A DNA stretch of 64,000 bases, from positions 61,752,001 through 61,816,000 of the forward strand of contig CM060733.1 of assembly GCA_030704615.1 (NCBI GenBank). The letters are read 5' to 3'. Shown one piece after another: positions 23,711-36,689 of the stretch (position 1 is its first letter; every line of letters begins with the position of its first letter). Under the pieces are notes generated by a model. It saw only the letters and a program-made list of their open reading frames with translations. It had not been told where the DNA came from and searched no databases. The stretch comes from Takakia lepidozioides. Lineage: Eukaryota; Plantae; Bryophyta. A program made the position numbers and the translations under genes.

Positions 23711-26494
23711 ATGTTGGGCTTACGCGAGCAGCCAACAACGGGGTCATACTCACGCATCAGCAAAAAATGGGTGGGATTTGTAACAGCAATATGGGTGCAA
23801 GCGATCGCAGGAAACAACTACACCTTTGCAAATTACTCACCGGCATTGAAGGCAGTAATGCATTACAATCAGCTGCAGCTCAACAATTTAGGGGTCGCTA
23901 AAGATGTTGGGAAAAGCATTGGTCTCCTGGCGGGGCTTTTGGCGGACTATCTTCCTACATGGAGCATTCTGATGATCGGAGGTTTGGAAGGCATGCTGGG
24001 CTACGGAATTCAGTACTTGGTCGTTAGCCAACGCATCGGCCCGTTGCCATACTGGCAGGTGGGTGTATGTGTGACAGATAGCTGAGGAGAAGAACATTTC
24101 CATGCAACGTAGGATATGTTTGAAATGTCGCAATTAGAGCTTTTGGCCGCGGTCTACTAGTTTTTCTATTGACTCACAATGGTACGTACTTGTGATCGAC
24201 ACGGCCATATGTCACTGCGGCATTGCCATCGTTAGTCACATTTGGATTCGTGCATGACGTGCACACGGTGAAATAAGTTTGAAACTCACTAGGGAGACTA
24301 TCAGGGAGCCAGATCTTGTAGCACGCACAGTGGTGGAGCCCTTCCGTCCCGGGTCGCAATTTCTCTTCGGCCTCTCCATGCTTCCCTAGCAGACCTGCAA
24401 TCCGGATAGACATACAATAGAATTGACTCGTGGCTTAAGTAGCTTGAATGCATGCGAGTCGTTCATGCTAATACTATTGGCACTCCTTCGAACAGAACCA
24501 GGCAGCCGTAGTAAACCATGCCTCTTATGAGCTCAGGGACAGAAAGAAAGAAAGAAAGAGAAGAGAGCGATTGAATTTTGTAGCAAAGGGGTTCTTAAAT
24601 CTCTCTCTATGATGGGTGCAGATGTGTGTGGCATTGTGCTTGGGGGGAAACAGCACCACATGGATGAACACCGCAGTGCTGGTGACATGCATGCGAAACT
24701 TCCCCCGTAGCCGAGGCACTGTGACGGGTATGCTCAAGGGCTATATTGGCTTGAGCACCGCTATATTCACACAGCTCTGCACCGCTCTCTTCACAAGTGA
24801 GGCATCGTCCTTTCTTCTCCTCCTTACATTTCTGCCCGCGGTGGTTTGTCTTGTGTCGATGTGTTTTCTTGAGGAAGTGGCCCCCTCAGCTAGCGACGGA
24901 GAAGATGCGGAAGAACAGTCGAATTTCTCGTTGCTCAACGCTATTTCAATGGCTCTGGCACTTTATCTCTTAGCTTTCACAGTGATTGAGGATATCCTTC
25001 CTTTGACTCCACGTCTGTACAAGGCATACGCACAGGTGCTGCTGCTGTTTCTTGCTTCCCCTCTCGTGGTCCCCTTCAGACTTTTCGTTCAGCAATTTAT
25101 CAGACAGAGTGGTATGAAGCTGTCAGGGAGGCTTAACATCGATGATATCAGAGAACCCCTGCTGGGGCCCAGGGTACCAGAGACAGAGCAATTAGAGTCA
25201 TTTAATGGGCCTGCATTGGAAGGGGTTCGAAGTGGAGATGAGACTCAAAGCACAACCATCCTCACAAGCGTCTCAGATGAAAATGAGCATTTTGACAACC
25301 AGAGCATGAAAGAAGGGGTACTATCACAGGACACTCCTCAGAAGTTCGGTGGGAAAAAAGACGCATCTGGTAGTAGCCAGTCACTTGACTTAGAAGATGT
25401 ACAAAATGAAAGAGCACTGGTCAGAGTGGATGATGAGGAGAAGAACGGAAGGCCCAAGCTAGGCGAAGACTTCTCTCTTGCGGAAGCAGTCTTGACCATA
25501 GATTTCTGGTTGCTGTTCTTCACTTTTATGTGTGGAATAGGGACGGGCATCACGGCTATTAACAACTTGGGGCAGATAGGAGAGGCCCAGGGCTACACAG
25601 ATGTGTCCATTTTTATCTCGCTAGTCAGCATCTGGGGTTTTTTCGGTCGTGTTGGAGCCGGTGCTCTCTCAGAGTTCTATGTTAGGTTCGTAATCTGCCT
25701 GCTTTGTACTGGATTGTTGTCCTATCACTTTTTTGATAAATTTGGAATTGTGCCTGCAGCTCTTCCCTTCCCACCTCCACACCTGCAACAGAGAAGTGTA
25801 AATCTTAAATGTTGTCTGTCTAGTTTGGATGTGGCAAGTAAGCTTGCTTAGTAAGGTTCTCGAGCATGTGGATCCATTGATTAACACGCAATCTGGGATC
25901 TCTGCTAAATTGTGCAGGAGGGCTGCCATTCCGAGGCCAGTGTGGATGGCACTATCACAAGTAGTGATGTTGGTAGGCTATGTGAGCTTGGCAACAGCAG
26001 CTCCAGGGTCCTTGTATTTTGGCTCCATTTTGGTGGGCATATGCTATGGTGTACACATAAGCATTACGGTTCCAACAGCGTCTGAACTGTTTGGTCTCAA
26101 GCACTTTGGTATAATTTACAATTTTCTCATATTGAACATCCCGATTGGATCTCTCCTCTTCTCGGGGGTGATAGCAGGGTACTTGTATGACAGAGAAGCT
26201 GACAGAGTCAGGCCTGGTGGTATCTTAACAGTGGGTTCCGAGCATTTGAAGCTGGTCCAAGTCATGGATTCCAGTGAGTTTTCATCCTTGAACATTGTTG
26301 CAGATGATGATCCCGTGCAAAAATGTTTTGGGGCTCATTGTTTCCGAGTTGTGTTCCTCATCATGGCGGGCATGTGTACAATTGGTTTTGTGCTGAATGT
26401 CATTTTGATACTTCGTATTCGGCCCTTGTATCGGTCACTTTATGGACCAGCAGGCTCAATAGACAGCAAGAAGCTTAAAAACAACACAGATTGA
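23711..26494 (+). CDS. Nodulin-like / NFD4-type major facilitator superfamily transporter (3 exons)
   Basis: Exons 23711-24058, 24622-25685, 25918-26494 with GT-AG and consistent phases. Motifs WVQAIAGNNYTFANYS, LNNLGVAKDVGK, GNSTTWMNTAVLVTCMRNFP, GEDFSLAEA..DFWLLF, SELFGLKHFG, CFGAHCF. Confidence 0.93.
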
Positions 26495-26519
26495 TTCCTT
26501 AGTGACCTGGAGGAGAGAG

Positions 26520-26561
26520 AATGTACTCATAAGACGTTGTTTGCCGTGGCCTTGTGGCCAT
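26520..26561 (-). mobile_element. 42-bp 3' stub of LINE family A in the MFS 3'UTR
   Basis: AATGTACTCATAAGACGTTGTTTGCCGTGGCCTTGTGGCCAT flanked by the 17-bp direct repeat TGACCTGGAGGAGAGAG (26503-26519, 26562-26578). Confidence 0.9.
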
Positions 26562-28020
26562 TGACCTGGAGGAGAGAGGGAAAGAGAGGTTGTTACTATG
26601 CTAGCTTCCAACTTACAAGCTAGTCTCTTGAAGCACCAGTCGCAGGTGTAGGTAGATTACACAGTGTGTACCATAGTATTACACATTATCATGATTACAC
26701 CACAGCATATTGTTTTTCAAGCTTTTGACAGTGGTGAATACAACATGACACTGGTCCTTGAAGTTTGCAAAACACGAAATCATGTGGTTTGGGATGCAAT
26801 TCGAGGAAATGGTTTTCTGTTATTCTAGCATTGCAAACAGCTAGTAGGGTCTGGATGGAATTGATAACAGGATGAGTGGGATGGTGTTTGTCAGTATTCT
26901 GCCGCAGCACTGGCAGGCACTGGATTAGCAATGAAACTTACAGTAATTTTGGGTGCCCACCAACCCAAAGTGCAGTGTTGCAGAAGGGTGCTTCCATGTT
27001 TGAGAACGCAAGTCTTTACTACATCACTTCTCAAGTGTTTTCTCGTGTGCAGTCCAACTCATGCACTCTCCATATCCGGAAGTGAGTGAAGGAGAAATGA
27101 GGATCTTCATTGTGTAGGTATCTTGAAGCGCATTCATGGAGTTTGATCTGCAGATGAGAGAGGCCTTTTCAAACTCAACGTCTGGGTCTCGGCGCAGCTT
27201 CATTCACACTTGCAAGTACATAACTAAAGATTTCTTATGTGTCATCAGTGTCTGCAGGTGTAAAAAGATTTGTTGAAACCCTGGTAAATCTTTAAAACCA
27301 GATTGCTCATGTCCAGCCCAACCAAGGACACTACATATTGGCAACTCCATCCATCAAACCTCAGAAAAGCACGAGAATGCACCATTGTCTTAGGCAGGCC
27401 GTTCCAGGGTGAAACCTGGCGAACCTGTCTTGTTCACCAACGGAACGGACCAAATGTTGAAGGAAAAGTACAGGCAGGTCGTCAAGATGTCTGCTCTCCG
27501 TGCTCTGTTGCGAGACAACGGTGCGAGTGCGCAGCACAAGAAATCACCACCTGCACTATTGGGGGGCAGGGAGAATCATCAAAATGTGGGTAGCTCAAGC
27601 GAAGCATGGTGTCAAGAATAACAGCGGTGAGTTGAAAGTCAAGAGTTACAAGCTCAAGCACCTCAGAATGGCTAGTGAACGCACTTCCTCAAGAAAACAA
27701 TTTATTACTTCCGCGGGAGGCCATGAGTTCATGGGCGTGGTAGTGCCCCGGAAGCAGGGAGATCCCACAGTTCGAGGTCTTGTAAACTGGGTATGTCTGT
27801 TTTAATGTGTACAATGAAAGAAACAGTCGTCAAAGGTAGGGTTCTTTTCAGCATTTGTGGGCTCTGAGTTGGCGTCAGCTTTTTCTACCCGGGCTTTGTG
27901 TTGCATGTTGAAACCAAAAATGTCGCTGACGCCAAATTTGTAGAGGCCCCGTGAGGTTGTTGGGGATGGGTTTTGTCTAGCTGCCTCACTATGCTACAGT
28001 GGACTGATGGCTCCTGGCAT

Positions 28021-28373
28021 GTGTAGTCGAATCTTGGATCACGCTGATGGTGGTGATTTTTGAGAGTGTCATTACTGAACAGATCAAGAAGATGAACAGG
28101 GTGCATAAAGGAGAAGAATGATCATTGTTACCTCACAAACGCAACTCCGTCAAAGCTCAATGAACATGATGGCAGTGCGCAGGAGGGCATCCAGGCAGGC
28201 TTGTGTAGTCGAATCTTGTATGACGCTAATGATTTTTGATAGTGTCATTACCGAACAGATCAAGAAGGTGAAGACGGTGCATAAAGGAGAAGAGTGATCA
28301 TTGATACCTCTCAAAAGCAACTCCGTCAAAGCTCAATGGACATGATCGCATGATCGCACTGCGGAGGGCATCC
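28021..28373. repeat. Diverged ~180-bp tandem duplication
   Basis: GTGTAGTCGAATCTTG...GCAACTCCGTCAAAGCTCAATG...GGAGGGCATCCA starting at 28021 and 28203. Confidence 0.85.
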
Positions 28374-28867
28374 ATATTCTTGGCTAGCTGGAGAACCTGT
28401 CGTAGGAGCGTCTCTTGATAGGGTTTTTTATCCTCATGTGAGCCTAGTAGACATTATTATCATCATTGCCATCATGGCCACTCAGTTCCTATAGAAGGAT
28501 AAAAGTGTGCTCACCTTAGGAGAAGTTCTTCAACTGGCCAAGAGTGTGAATGCCCTTTGATGGATTCAATGCAAAGAAGGATACGATGGCTGCAACGCAA
28601 GTAAAAATTAAGGAGAATGGGAACTTGAGATGAAGTCCACGAGATGAACTGTAAATTCTCAACCTCATAGTAGGACAATGATATTTACAGACATATCCTG
28701 GCATAGCTTTATAAAAAGACCCAATGATGTTTGGCGTAAACTTTCCACTCAAGGTGTGTGCTATCACCCCTGTGTGTTTAGTTGTGACAGTCGAGCTGGG
28801 ACTGAAGGGAAAAGACTATCCTTCATGTCTCCTAATCCAGCTCCTACGCTATTCACAAAGAGCTGTC

Positions 28868-29053
28868 TAATTTATAGTATTGTTTTTGAAGTGTTTTCAC
28901 ATCCTTAGGTTGATCCCAATATTGTACTCTTACAGGTAAATGACTGAACAGCTTGAGAGTTAATTTATAGTACTGTTTTCAAAGTGTTTTCACATCCTTA
29001 AGTTGATCCCAATATTGTACTCTTACAGGTAAATGACTGAACAGCTTGGGAGT
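28868..29053. repeat. 93-bp tandem duplication
   Basis: TAATTTATAGTA...GTTGATCCCAATATTGTACTCTTACAGGTAAATGACTGAACAGCTTG occurs twice. Confidence 0.9.
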
Positions 29054-30087
29054 ATGAAGGAGGACCAGCATGCATCCATGCTGAAGTGAGAGCACTATAG
29101 CGTTGTCCAGATATACGAAAGTGTTTTCAAAAATAGACGTGGGCATATTCTGACGAGATGACAGGTTGGATGGCACTCCACAAAGGACAGGACTATACCT
29201 ATTGAATGTCAGGGTGGCTATTCAAATTTTGTGGTGGACTTTTGGAACATGAATGTACTCATGAGACATTTGCCGGAGCCACAAGGCCATAGATACTTCT
29301 GGAACAGAGACATGTTGCTGCCCAAAGGAACTGTCAAGCACACAAGACAAGGAGCATGACAGAGCATTTTTACACACTGTTCTCCAGTGGCGTGAGGGTA
29401 TGAAGTTTGGACTTCCACTGAGCATTGATGTATTGAGATGTTGTTAGAAAGATGTTATTTTACCTATCTCGGGTTGGCTTGTAAGTTCAGATTGTTAATA
29501 GGAGAAAAGTATAGCTCACTGCAAAGAGATTATGAAACCATTGCTCATATCTTGAGGCCATTCCTGCCCCAGCTTCTCTGGTTTTGCCCTCGTTCTGTTC
29601 CATAGTTCGGCCCCATATTGTTTGACACTGTTAGTGTGCATATGTAGTGTGGGGAACTGTCAAAGAGAGTACTATGTATGGGGCATCCCACCACACTTGT
29701 GACCATTAACTGCACCACAGCTCAGGCTCAAACCTGCTACTCAGCTGTAAGCTCAAACCCACAATGCACATCTGCTTACAGCTGAGTAGCACAATTTTGT
29801 AGGATGAGGATCCACAAGCTATATCATGTTGAGGAGACCACCTATCCTTGTCAAAAAGACCTTGTTATAACTTCCCAAGTAAAACCTACACTAAATACAC
29901 CTTCCTCAAAGGTTTTTCTCCCTCGTTTCTAATTTGATTAATCAGGCATTGCTCCCGTTCCATTAAAACATTAATGTTTTTTTTGTAAAATTAAGTTTTA
30001 CATATTTTACAGTTTATCAGATAGTACTGAAGTTTTTAATTATTTTTAAGGAAGGGAGGGGAGGACGATGGCGATGGGACTATTTGT

Positions 30088-30219
30088 TGGGACTGTCACT
30101 GTTTCGCTTCCCGCTACATCCATGACTTTCCACCATCCCTTCACTTCCGGAGTGGGACTGTCACTGTTTCGCTTCCCGCTACATCCATGACTTTCCACCA
30201 TCCCTTCACTTCCGGAGTG
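30088..30219. repeat. Perfect 65-bp tandem duplication
   Basis: TGGGACTGTCACTGTTTCGCTTCCCGCTACATCCATGACTTTCCACCATCCCTTCACTTCCGGAG occurs twice. Confidence 0.95.
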
Positions 30220-30264
30220 TTAATCGTAGTTTCTCTAGCTTCTCTTTTTTATATTCAGTAGAGT

Positions 30265-30358
30265 ATATAGGGCCCACCCCCGAAAGGGGGCAGTAGCCGC
30301 AAGGTGAAGTGGGCTCTTAGTTACGCCGGCTTTCGGCTGGAGTCTTCTCTCTCTCTTC
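30265..30358 (+). mobile_element. Isolated 3' end of the Dualen-like element (structured RNA motif plus (TC)n tail)
   Basis: ATAGGGCCCACCCCGAAAGGGGGCAGTAGCCGCAAGGTGAAGTGGGCTCTTAGTTACGCCGGCTTTCGGCTGGAGTC is homologous to 21785-21858. Candidate TSD TCAGTAG(A/G)GT at 30255-30264 and 30359-30368. Confidence 0.75.
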
Positions 30359-30539
30359 TCAGTAGGGTGTTACTTCAGTGTCGGGTGTTGTTCGTTGCGT
30401 CTTCTCTGTTGCATTATGGCCCTTGGAAGCAGCAAGCCTCGGCTCAAGGAGCTAGTCGAGACTCGGATTCCAAGGAGCATGCTGCTACCAATGCAAAGGA
30501 GGATCAACCAGCTTTTGGAACCGGTTTCTTTTTTGCGCA

Positions 30540-31399
30540 TCAGGCCCGTTCAAGGGATGGGCTTGGCCAATGGGTCAGTAAGGCCCCCCTCCCCCCCCCT
30601 TCACCATCAATCCCCTCTCTCCCCCCCCAACCACATCCCAAAAGTCCAAGATTGAACTCGGTTTCATTGCATGTTCCCAACTCGCCACCATCAACGGTGG
30701 AGTGGGTGGAAGAGACAATCCTAAACCAGGAGGAACTTGACATGGACTACCCAATGATTTCTATGAATGTTTCTGAGCTTCAGAATAGAGTGGCAACTAT
30801 GGAGGAATTCGGAATTTTTATTCACTTCCCTGGAAAGAAGGTGGACAGAGCATTCGTTCGAGACTGGGCCATCAGGAATCTGGGGGGCCAAGGCGAACTC
30901 AGACAGCAATTCTGTCATGCGAAAGGGCGTGGTTTCTACTCTATTGTTTTTGAAACACAGGAAGCAGTTACTCAGGCCCTACTGTTTAACCCTGACACTA
31001 AGGGGTTCAATGTCAACATCTTTCCGTGGTCCTCTAAAATGGGAAATAGAAATGGGAAACTATGGGGGCCTCATATCATCTGTGTACCTTTCATTCGAGA
31101 CCAATATCTGGTCAACTTACCCGATATAGCCAACCAATTTTGGATCATATCTGGGTTGCCTCGCTGTTTTTGACCCACAGATGTGTACTCAGAATCTGAG
31201 ACAAGACCCAGCGTGGAGTTCTGTCACCATTGCATCACGACTCCACGAAACGGGTTGTGCGAAAATAGTCCTTATGATGCTAGATGAGGACACATTGCCC
31301 CGCTTTGTCAAATTGCCAATAGATGAAGAAAGAAACTGCATCACTATCCAGTTAATCGAAGACACTACTTACACAACATGTTTCAACTGTGGCCAGCTT
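30540..31399 (+). mobile_element. Plant L1-type LINE ORF1 remnant (DUF4283-like plus zinc knuckle start)
   Basis: AKGRGFYSIVFETQEAVTQAL...IFPWS...LPDIANQF, then a frameshifted ...TTCFNCGQL cut exactly by the Gypsy LTR. Confidence 0.55.
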
Positions 31400-32126
31400 T
31401 GTCGCGCACCTCACTTCGGTAAAGCTCCCCTTCAAATCATAGATACTCGCTTTGATGCGCGCGCCTAACTCCCAATCTGGCCGCCGGGCCAACTCGGAGC
31501 TTCGGCTGCTCACCGGGACATAACGGTCCCCCTTTGCTCCTCCACAAGCCCCTCGCTCACTTTGGGCCTAGTGGAAATTCCCTTTGGTTGTTGGCAGTCC
31601 GGAATAGCTCCCCACACCTTGGTCGCTTTCCGGCTCGCACGCTTACTCACTAATTTTTGGTCACCAACGGGCTTGCACCGTTCTCGGGGTGATTACTCCC
31701 TATATATACTTCTGTGACTGTCCGCGGGGGTCTCACAAACAACACCGTCTTTTTATGGCGAACCACCACGAAGACCCTTGACTCCCGGTGATGAGTCGCG
31801 GTGAGTCTTGGCCCACCCACCACGGCCCCAATGGATCGTGATGAGTCCCAAGACTCCCCATGACTCCCATCACAAGGTCTCCGTCCCATGGTGAGTCCTA
31901 TGCCACCCCCACTAAGACCCACTAAGCTACCACCACACCTTGTGGAACCACCCCCACCCGCAACCCTGTGTGTGGGGCTCCACCTAGTGAGTGCCTCTGC
32001 CTCCTTGAGTGCCTTGGGCACTCAAGGTTGCTTCAGCCCCCATACCTATTGTTGCCACTGCCCCCAGCACAGGGGCAGCCCCTCTTGTGTCGCGACCCCC
32101 TGTCCTCAAGGCAAAGGGCCACGACA
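31400..32126 (-). repeat. 3' LTR (~727 bp)
   Basis: Terminal inverted TGTCG...CGACA. On the minus strand it is preceded by a G-rich PPT-like tract GTTGGTAGGGGTGTG. Confidence 0.65.
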
Positions 32127-33679
32127 CACACCCCTACCAACAGGGAGTCGATGTCCTCATCGACTTGTCCATTTTGTACTAGAAACTAACATCCAAGTTG
32201 TGGCGTCCCACATCAAGGAGTTTGTTTCCGTACCATGGCGTCCCATGACAAAAAACCAAACCCTCACTTGACTCTACTCTCCACTAGCTAGTTCGGCCGA
32301 CTTCCTCCAAGTCCCGGCCAAGGGTGGAGCCTTTCAAGCTCTACCCAGTGCACTCTTTTTGGCCCATTTCAAGGCCAATGAACGATCATCCCCGAGGATC
32401 GAATCGTTTTACTGCAACAACATTGCTTGCGACCGCTCATGATGCCGCTTTTTGGCATCACCTTGAGCAAGGGTTCACTTTGAACCCTTTTTTGACTAGG
32501 AAGATAATTCCGCAAAATCTGCTTCACCACGGAATTCACTCTTTATGTTTGGCCGTCTGTTGTAGGTCGGAAGGCCCTGCTCATCTTGAGCCTCGTCCCT
32601 ATTTTCTTCCAAAGTGTTCTCCAAAATTTACTTGTAAACTTTGGATCGCGGTCCGAGACAATATCCTTCGGGAGCCCATGATGCTTGAAGACGTGGACAA
32701 AGTAAAGTCGTCACGTCTCATGCGCCGTTGCCGTCTCTTTGGTGGGGATGAAATGGCCCATTTTACTGAACCTATCCACCACCACCATGATTGCATCGAA
32801 TCATTTTGACAGCGGCAAAGCAGTCACGAAATCCATCGAGACACTTTTCCAAGAATCTTCTGGAATCGGCAAGGGTTGTAACAGCCCTGCTTGCTTTTTG
32901 TACTCGCTCCAGTTTTGCTGGCATGTGGTACATGTCTTGACATACTCATCGGCCTCCTCCCTCAGTTTGGGCCAGAAATACTCTTTCTTCAAGAGTGTCG
33001 CGGTGCGCTTGGCTTCGCCGTGGCCCGCAAGCGGGCCATCGTGGCATTCTCTAAAAGAGACTATCTCTGATCCCTCCCTTCGACACGTAGAGACGTTTTT
33101 GCTTGTACCGGAGCAGTCCATTCTGCAAGTGGAACTGCGATTTAATTCCAAACCTCAAGTCCTGCATCAGGGACTTCGTCATCTCATCCTTCTGCCTTCC
33201 GGATCTTCCTTTGGAGCGTCGTCTCGCCCCTGTACACCAACATGAGCTGCTGCTTTCTACTTAAAGCATCGGCCACCACATTGTCACATCCCGGTTTGTA
33301 TTGGATATCCACGTCGAACACTACCAAAGTGTCGTGCCACCTAAGTTGTTTTGGGGACAACTTAGGCTGCGTGGCAAAATACTTCACCGTGACATTGTCC
33401 GTGAACACCTTCACCGGGTTGGAACCAACATAGTGGCGCCAAAGCTCAAGGCAATGCACCACCGCCTTCATCTCTTTCTCGTGCGTAGGCCACCGTCGCT
33501 CTACTTCATTCAGTTTCTTACTTTCGTAAGTCACTCGACATCCATCCTACATGAGCACACCCCCAATTGCGAAGTCCGACGCATCTGTATGAATCTCAAA
33601 TGGACGGTCGAAAGCTCCGGGATTTTCAGGACTGGAGCTTCCGCCATCCGCTGCTTCAACTCGGCAAAAGCTTGGCTAC

Positions 33680-34015
33680 AAAAGGTGTTCCATACCCATA
33701 CATTGGACTTACACAGAAGGTAGTTTGCATGCCCAGGCACGTTTCTGGAAACCTTATGCGTGCTATTCCATTTGCTGGTCATTCTTCACAGTCAACGATG
33801 GCGGAGCTATTGATGTTGACAAACGGCAAGTGATGAGATGTATAATCTGTTGTGGTGCATCTGTGAGTTCAGATCTTTTAGCTCTTCGCATTCGTAGCAG
33901 AAAAGGCTTGATTACTTACTTCAAGGCCAATGGTATTAGTGCCATGAGAAAACATGTTGAGACGAGCACTTACGCTTAAGTAGTAGATACGATGAAGAGG
34001 TGAGCAGCAGGGCAA
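33680..34015 (+). mobile_element. BED zinc-finger fragment (hAT-type transposase N-terminus) inside Gypsy pol
   Basis: ORF 33725-33979 CWSFF...MRCIIC...YFKANGISAMRKHV fits the BED pattern. It lies antisense to the Gypsy and replaces the RT-RNaseH connection. Confidence 0.6.
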
Positions 34016-34732
34016 ATGATCGCGATCTTGGCAAAATTTCTCACATACTTTCGATAATAGGAGGCGAGTCCTAGGAATGATCGCACTCCCGGGACCGAAG
34101 TCGGAGGCTCCCAGTCCAAGATCGCCCACACCTTTCTGTCATCCATTTTGATCCCATCATGTGTAATCACATGCCCTAGGAACTCCACTTTTGTGACCCC
34201 GAATTTGCACTTTGAAGCTTTGGCATACAGCTTCCTTTCGCGCAATTTCTGGAACACCCTTTTGAGGTGCTCCAGGTGCTCTTCCTTTGTTTTCGAATAC
34301 ACCAAGATGTCGTCGATGTGCACGATCACAAAATCATCCAATCACTCCTGGAAAATGCTGTTCATTAGCGTGCTAAAGGTCGCGGGTGCATTGGTGAGCC
34401 CAAAAGGCATCACCAAGAACTCATATGAACCATATCTTGTCCTGCACGCGGTCTTTTCCTCATCTCCTTCCGCCACTCGGATTTGATGATAACCTGAGCG
34501 CAAATCGATCCGGCTGAAATATTTTGCTTCTGCCAACCGATCGAAGAGGTCGTCGATCCTTGACAAAGGGTACCGGTTTTTTATAGTCACCTTATTCAGA
34601 GCCCTGTAATCGACACACATCCGCAACGTCCCATCTTTCTTGTCTGCGAATAGCACCGGGGCTCCGTAAGGTGACTTACTCGGCCGGATGTACCCCTTTG
34701 ACATTAGATCCTTGAGCTGGGCCTTCAGCTCG

Positions 34733-34800
34733 CACTACAACAGATTGCGGCTTTTACGTCTCTGTGTTATGATTGCAGATGCAGTTATGGAAGCCATTTA
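34733..34800. mobile_element. CACTA/EnSpm terminal sequence
   Basis: CACTACAACAGA begins exactly where the Gypsy RT breaks off. No clear partner TAGTG end was found. Confidence 0.45.
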
Positions 34801-36689
34801 CGACTTCATGACTCTAAAGACGTAAAAGCCTAGTTAGTTGTGACATGGCAGATATGACTCTCCAGGCTGGCTGTGACATGGCGCCTGAGCAACTGTGGGG
34901 GTAGTCATACACGTTGGCTTTACTGAATGACTAAACGGACAGTGTAGTCCATGTCAGCGGCTGTGCAAGAGTGACACGTGATCGATACAGAAAATGACAT
35001 GTAGCAGAGTGTTCGCTCTCCATGACTGTAACTATGACTACGGGCGTGCTAATCCGGTTGCAACACGTGGCACGTTGCAGGTTTACACGTGGTCCCTCAG
35101 CAGATTGACATGTATCATGATGGGTGATTTTTTGGGTATATTGCTAATTTTTAACATATTTGTATTTCCACCTCGTGGTGTAGTACTATTGGAGAGTGAA
35201 AATAGATGTAGTCATTATTATGACTGCGATAGAAGTCATATACATGTCTATTACAGCAATGAAATATAATATATAATACAGACAGAACAAGGCAGCAAGA
35301 CATAACTGCAACAAGTTGAGCAAAACCAAGAGATTGTACACCATCTCTATTTATCAATCTATTTATCATTATCATTTTTGTCGCTATCTAAAAATACATA
35401 AAATAGTCGCATGTTCTCATGTGAATTAAATTGTCTAACTGTAACACTTTGAAAAGTGTTCACCCAAATCTTCTAACTACTCGTGTATTCCATCAATCTG
35501 CAACCCATCAAAAACTAAGGCTTGCATGCTTTAAGAATCACTACAGCAAGGACATCTGTTTGTTTTCCAAGTTCTTGCATAAGATGCACCAAGCAACATT
35601 GCATTGTGAGACACTCACTCACTATACTCCAAAGCGTCCAGGGAAGGTCACTGAGCAACCTGCCAAGGTGGAAACAATTAAGATAATTATCTAATATCAT
35701 ATATAAAAAACCAATGCCAGTGTTGTTTATGGTAACTTCTATCCCATGGACTCGTAAACAAACCAAAGCAAACAGGTTGGCGTGTGTTGGCGAAGACAGT
35801 TACTTCACAAAGAAACATGCACTAAAAATGAGAGCCAGGAGGATAGGAAGGTCACTCACGTTATACAAAGACGTCTTGCCCACTGCCCAGCACCCTGCAT
35901 CACCCACACTCTATCTCTACTCCTTCAGCTATCGGCCATGCCTCTGCACAAATCAAGCATTCATCCTTGTCTTGCTGCTAGTAGCTGACAATGACAACCT
36001 ACATTTGGAATAGGAAACACCCAACTCAGCGTAGCACACTAGGCGCTATGCTGAATTGCGTCTGTTACTCTCTGAAATGTAGCAGACATTCACCTTTATG
36101 TCCCGGTTGACCCATCAGTGACTGGGCTCAGATAAGTATTCATTCCACAGCTTCTCCTCATCTCTGTTACCTGTTTTTTTATACTTTCCTATTGTCACAT
36201 TGGCAATATCATGTCAAAATCACTCCAAACTAGATTCACTCAACCAGCTAACTTACAGAATTGAACATGGCAATTTAGGGCTGATTCTGATAAGAGGGAA
36301 AAACAGGGTGAAATGTGTTGAAGAAGATGCCTTCATTAGCAGTGCCTGATTTTATCACTTGTGCCGCTGCTGCCAGTTGACCATCTACCCATGCAGGTTT
36401 CTTGTAGCTATTGATCCACAGGGAGTCACAGGTAATCTTGTGCTTGAAATCTGGCCCTCTTGGATGAATCTGGACCCACACGAAATCTCTGCTCCTTCAG
36501 CTATCCATGCCTCTACACAAATCATGCATACAATCTGGCCCTCTCGGATGAATCTGGACTCACACGAAATCCATGCTCCTTCAGCTATCCATGCCTCTGC
36601 ACAAATCATGCATACATCCTCGCCTTGCTGCTAGCAAATGACAATGACAGCCTAGAATTGTCAAAGCAAACACTAGCAGGGAAAACAGG

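Larger units (their letters stand above)
31400..34732 (-). mobile_element. Ty3/Gypsy (chromovirus-like) LTR retrotransposon remnant: RT-RNaseH-integrase-3'LTR
   Basis: [55 protein letters not shown]. RNaseH YESKKLNEVERRWPTHEKE, NVVADALSR. Integrase HHCC and GLLQPLPIP..WKSVSMDFVTALP. Many stops and frameshifts; gag and 5'LTR absent. Confidence 0.92.

Noticed and set aside
30270-30316. Hammerhead ribozyme (three-way junction with GAA)
   Set aside because: The core reads GGCAGUA rather than CUGANGA and there is no NUH site; a loop-E motif explains it better.
30304-31173. 289-aa ORF as a host gene
   Set aside because: It starts at a GTG inside the retroelement 3' stub, and its C-terminal part is L1 ORF1-like and frameshifted.
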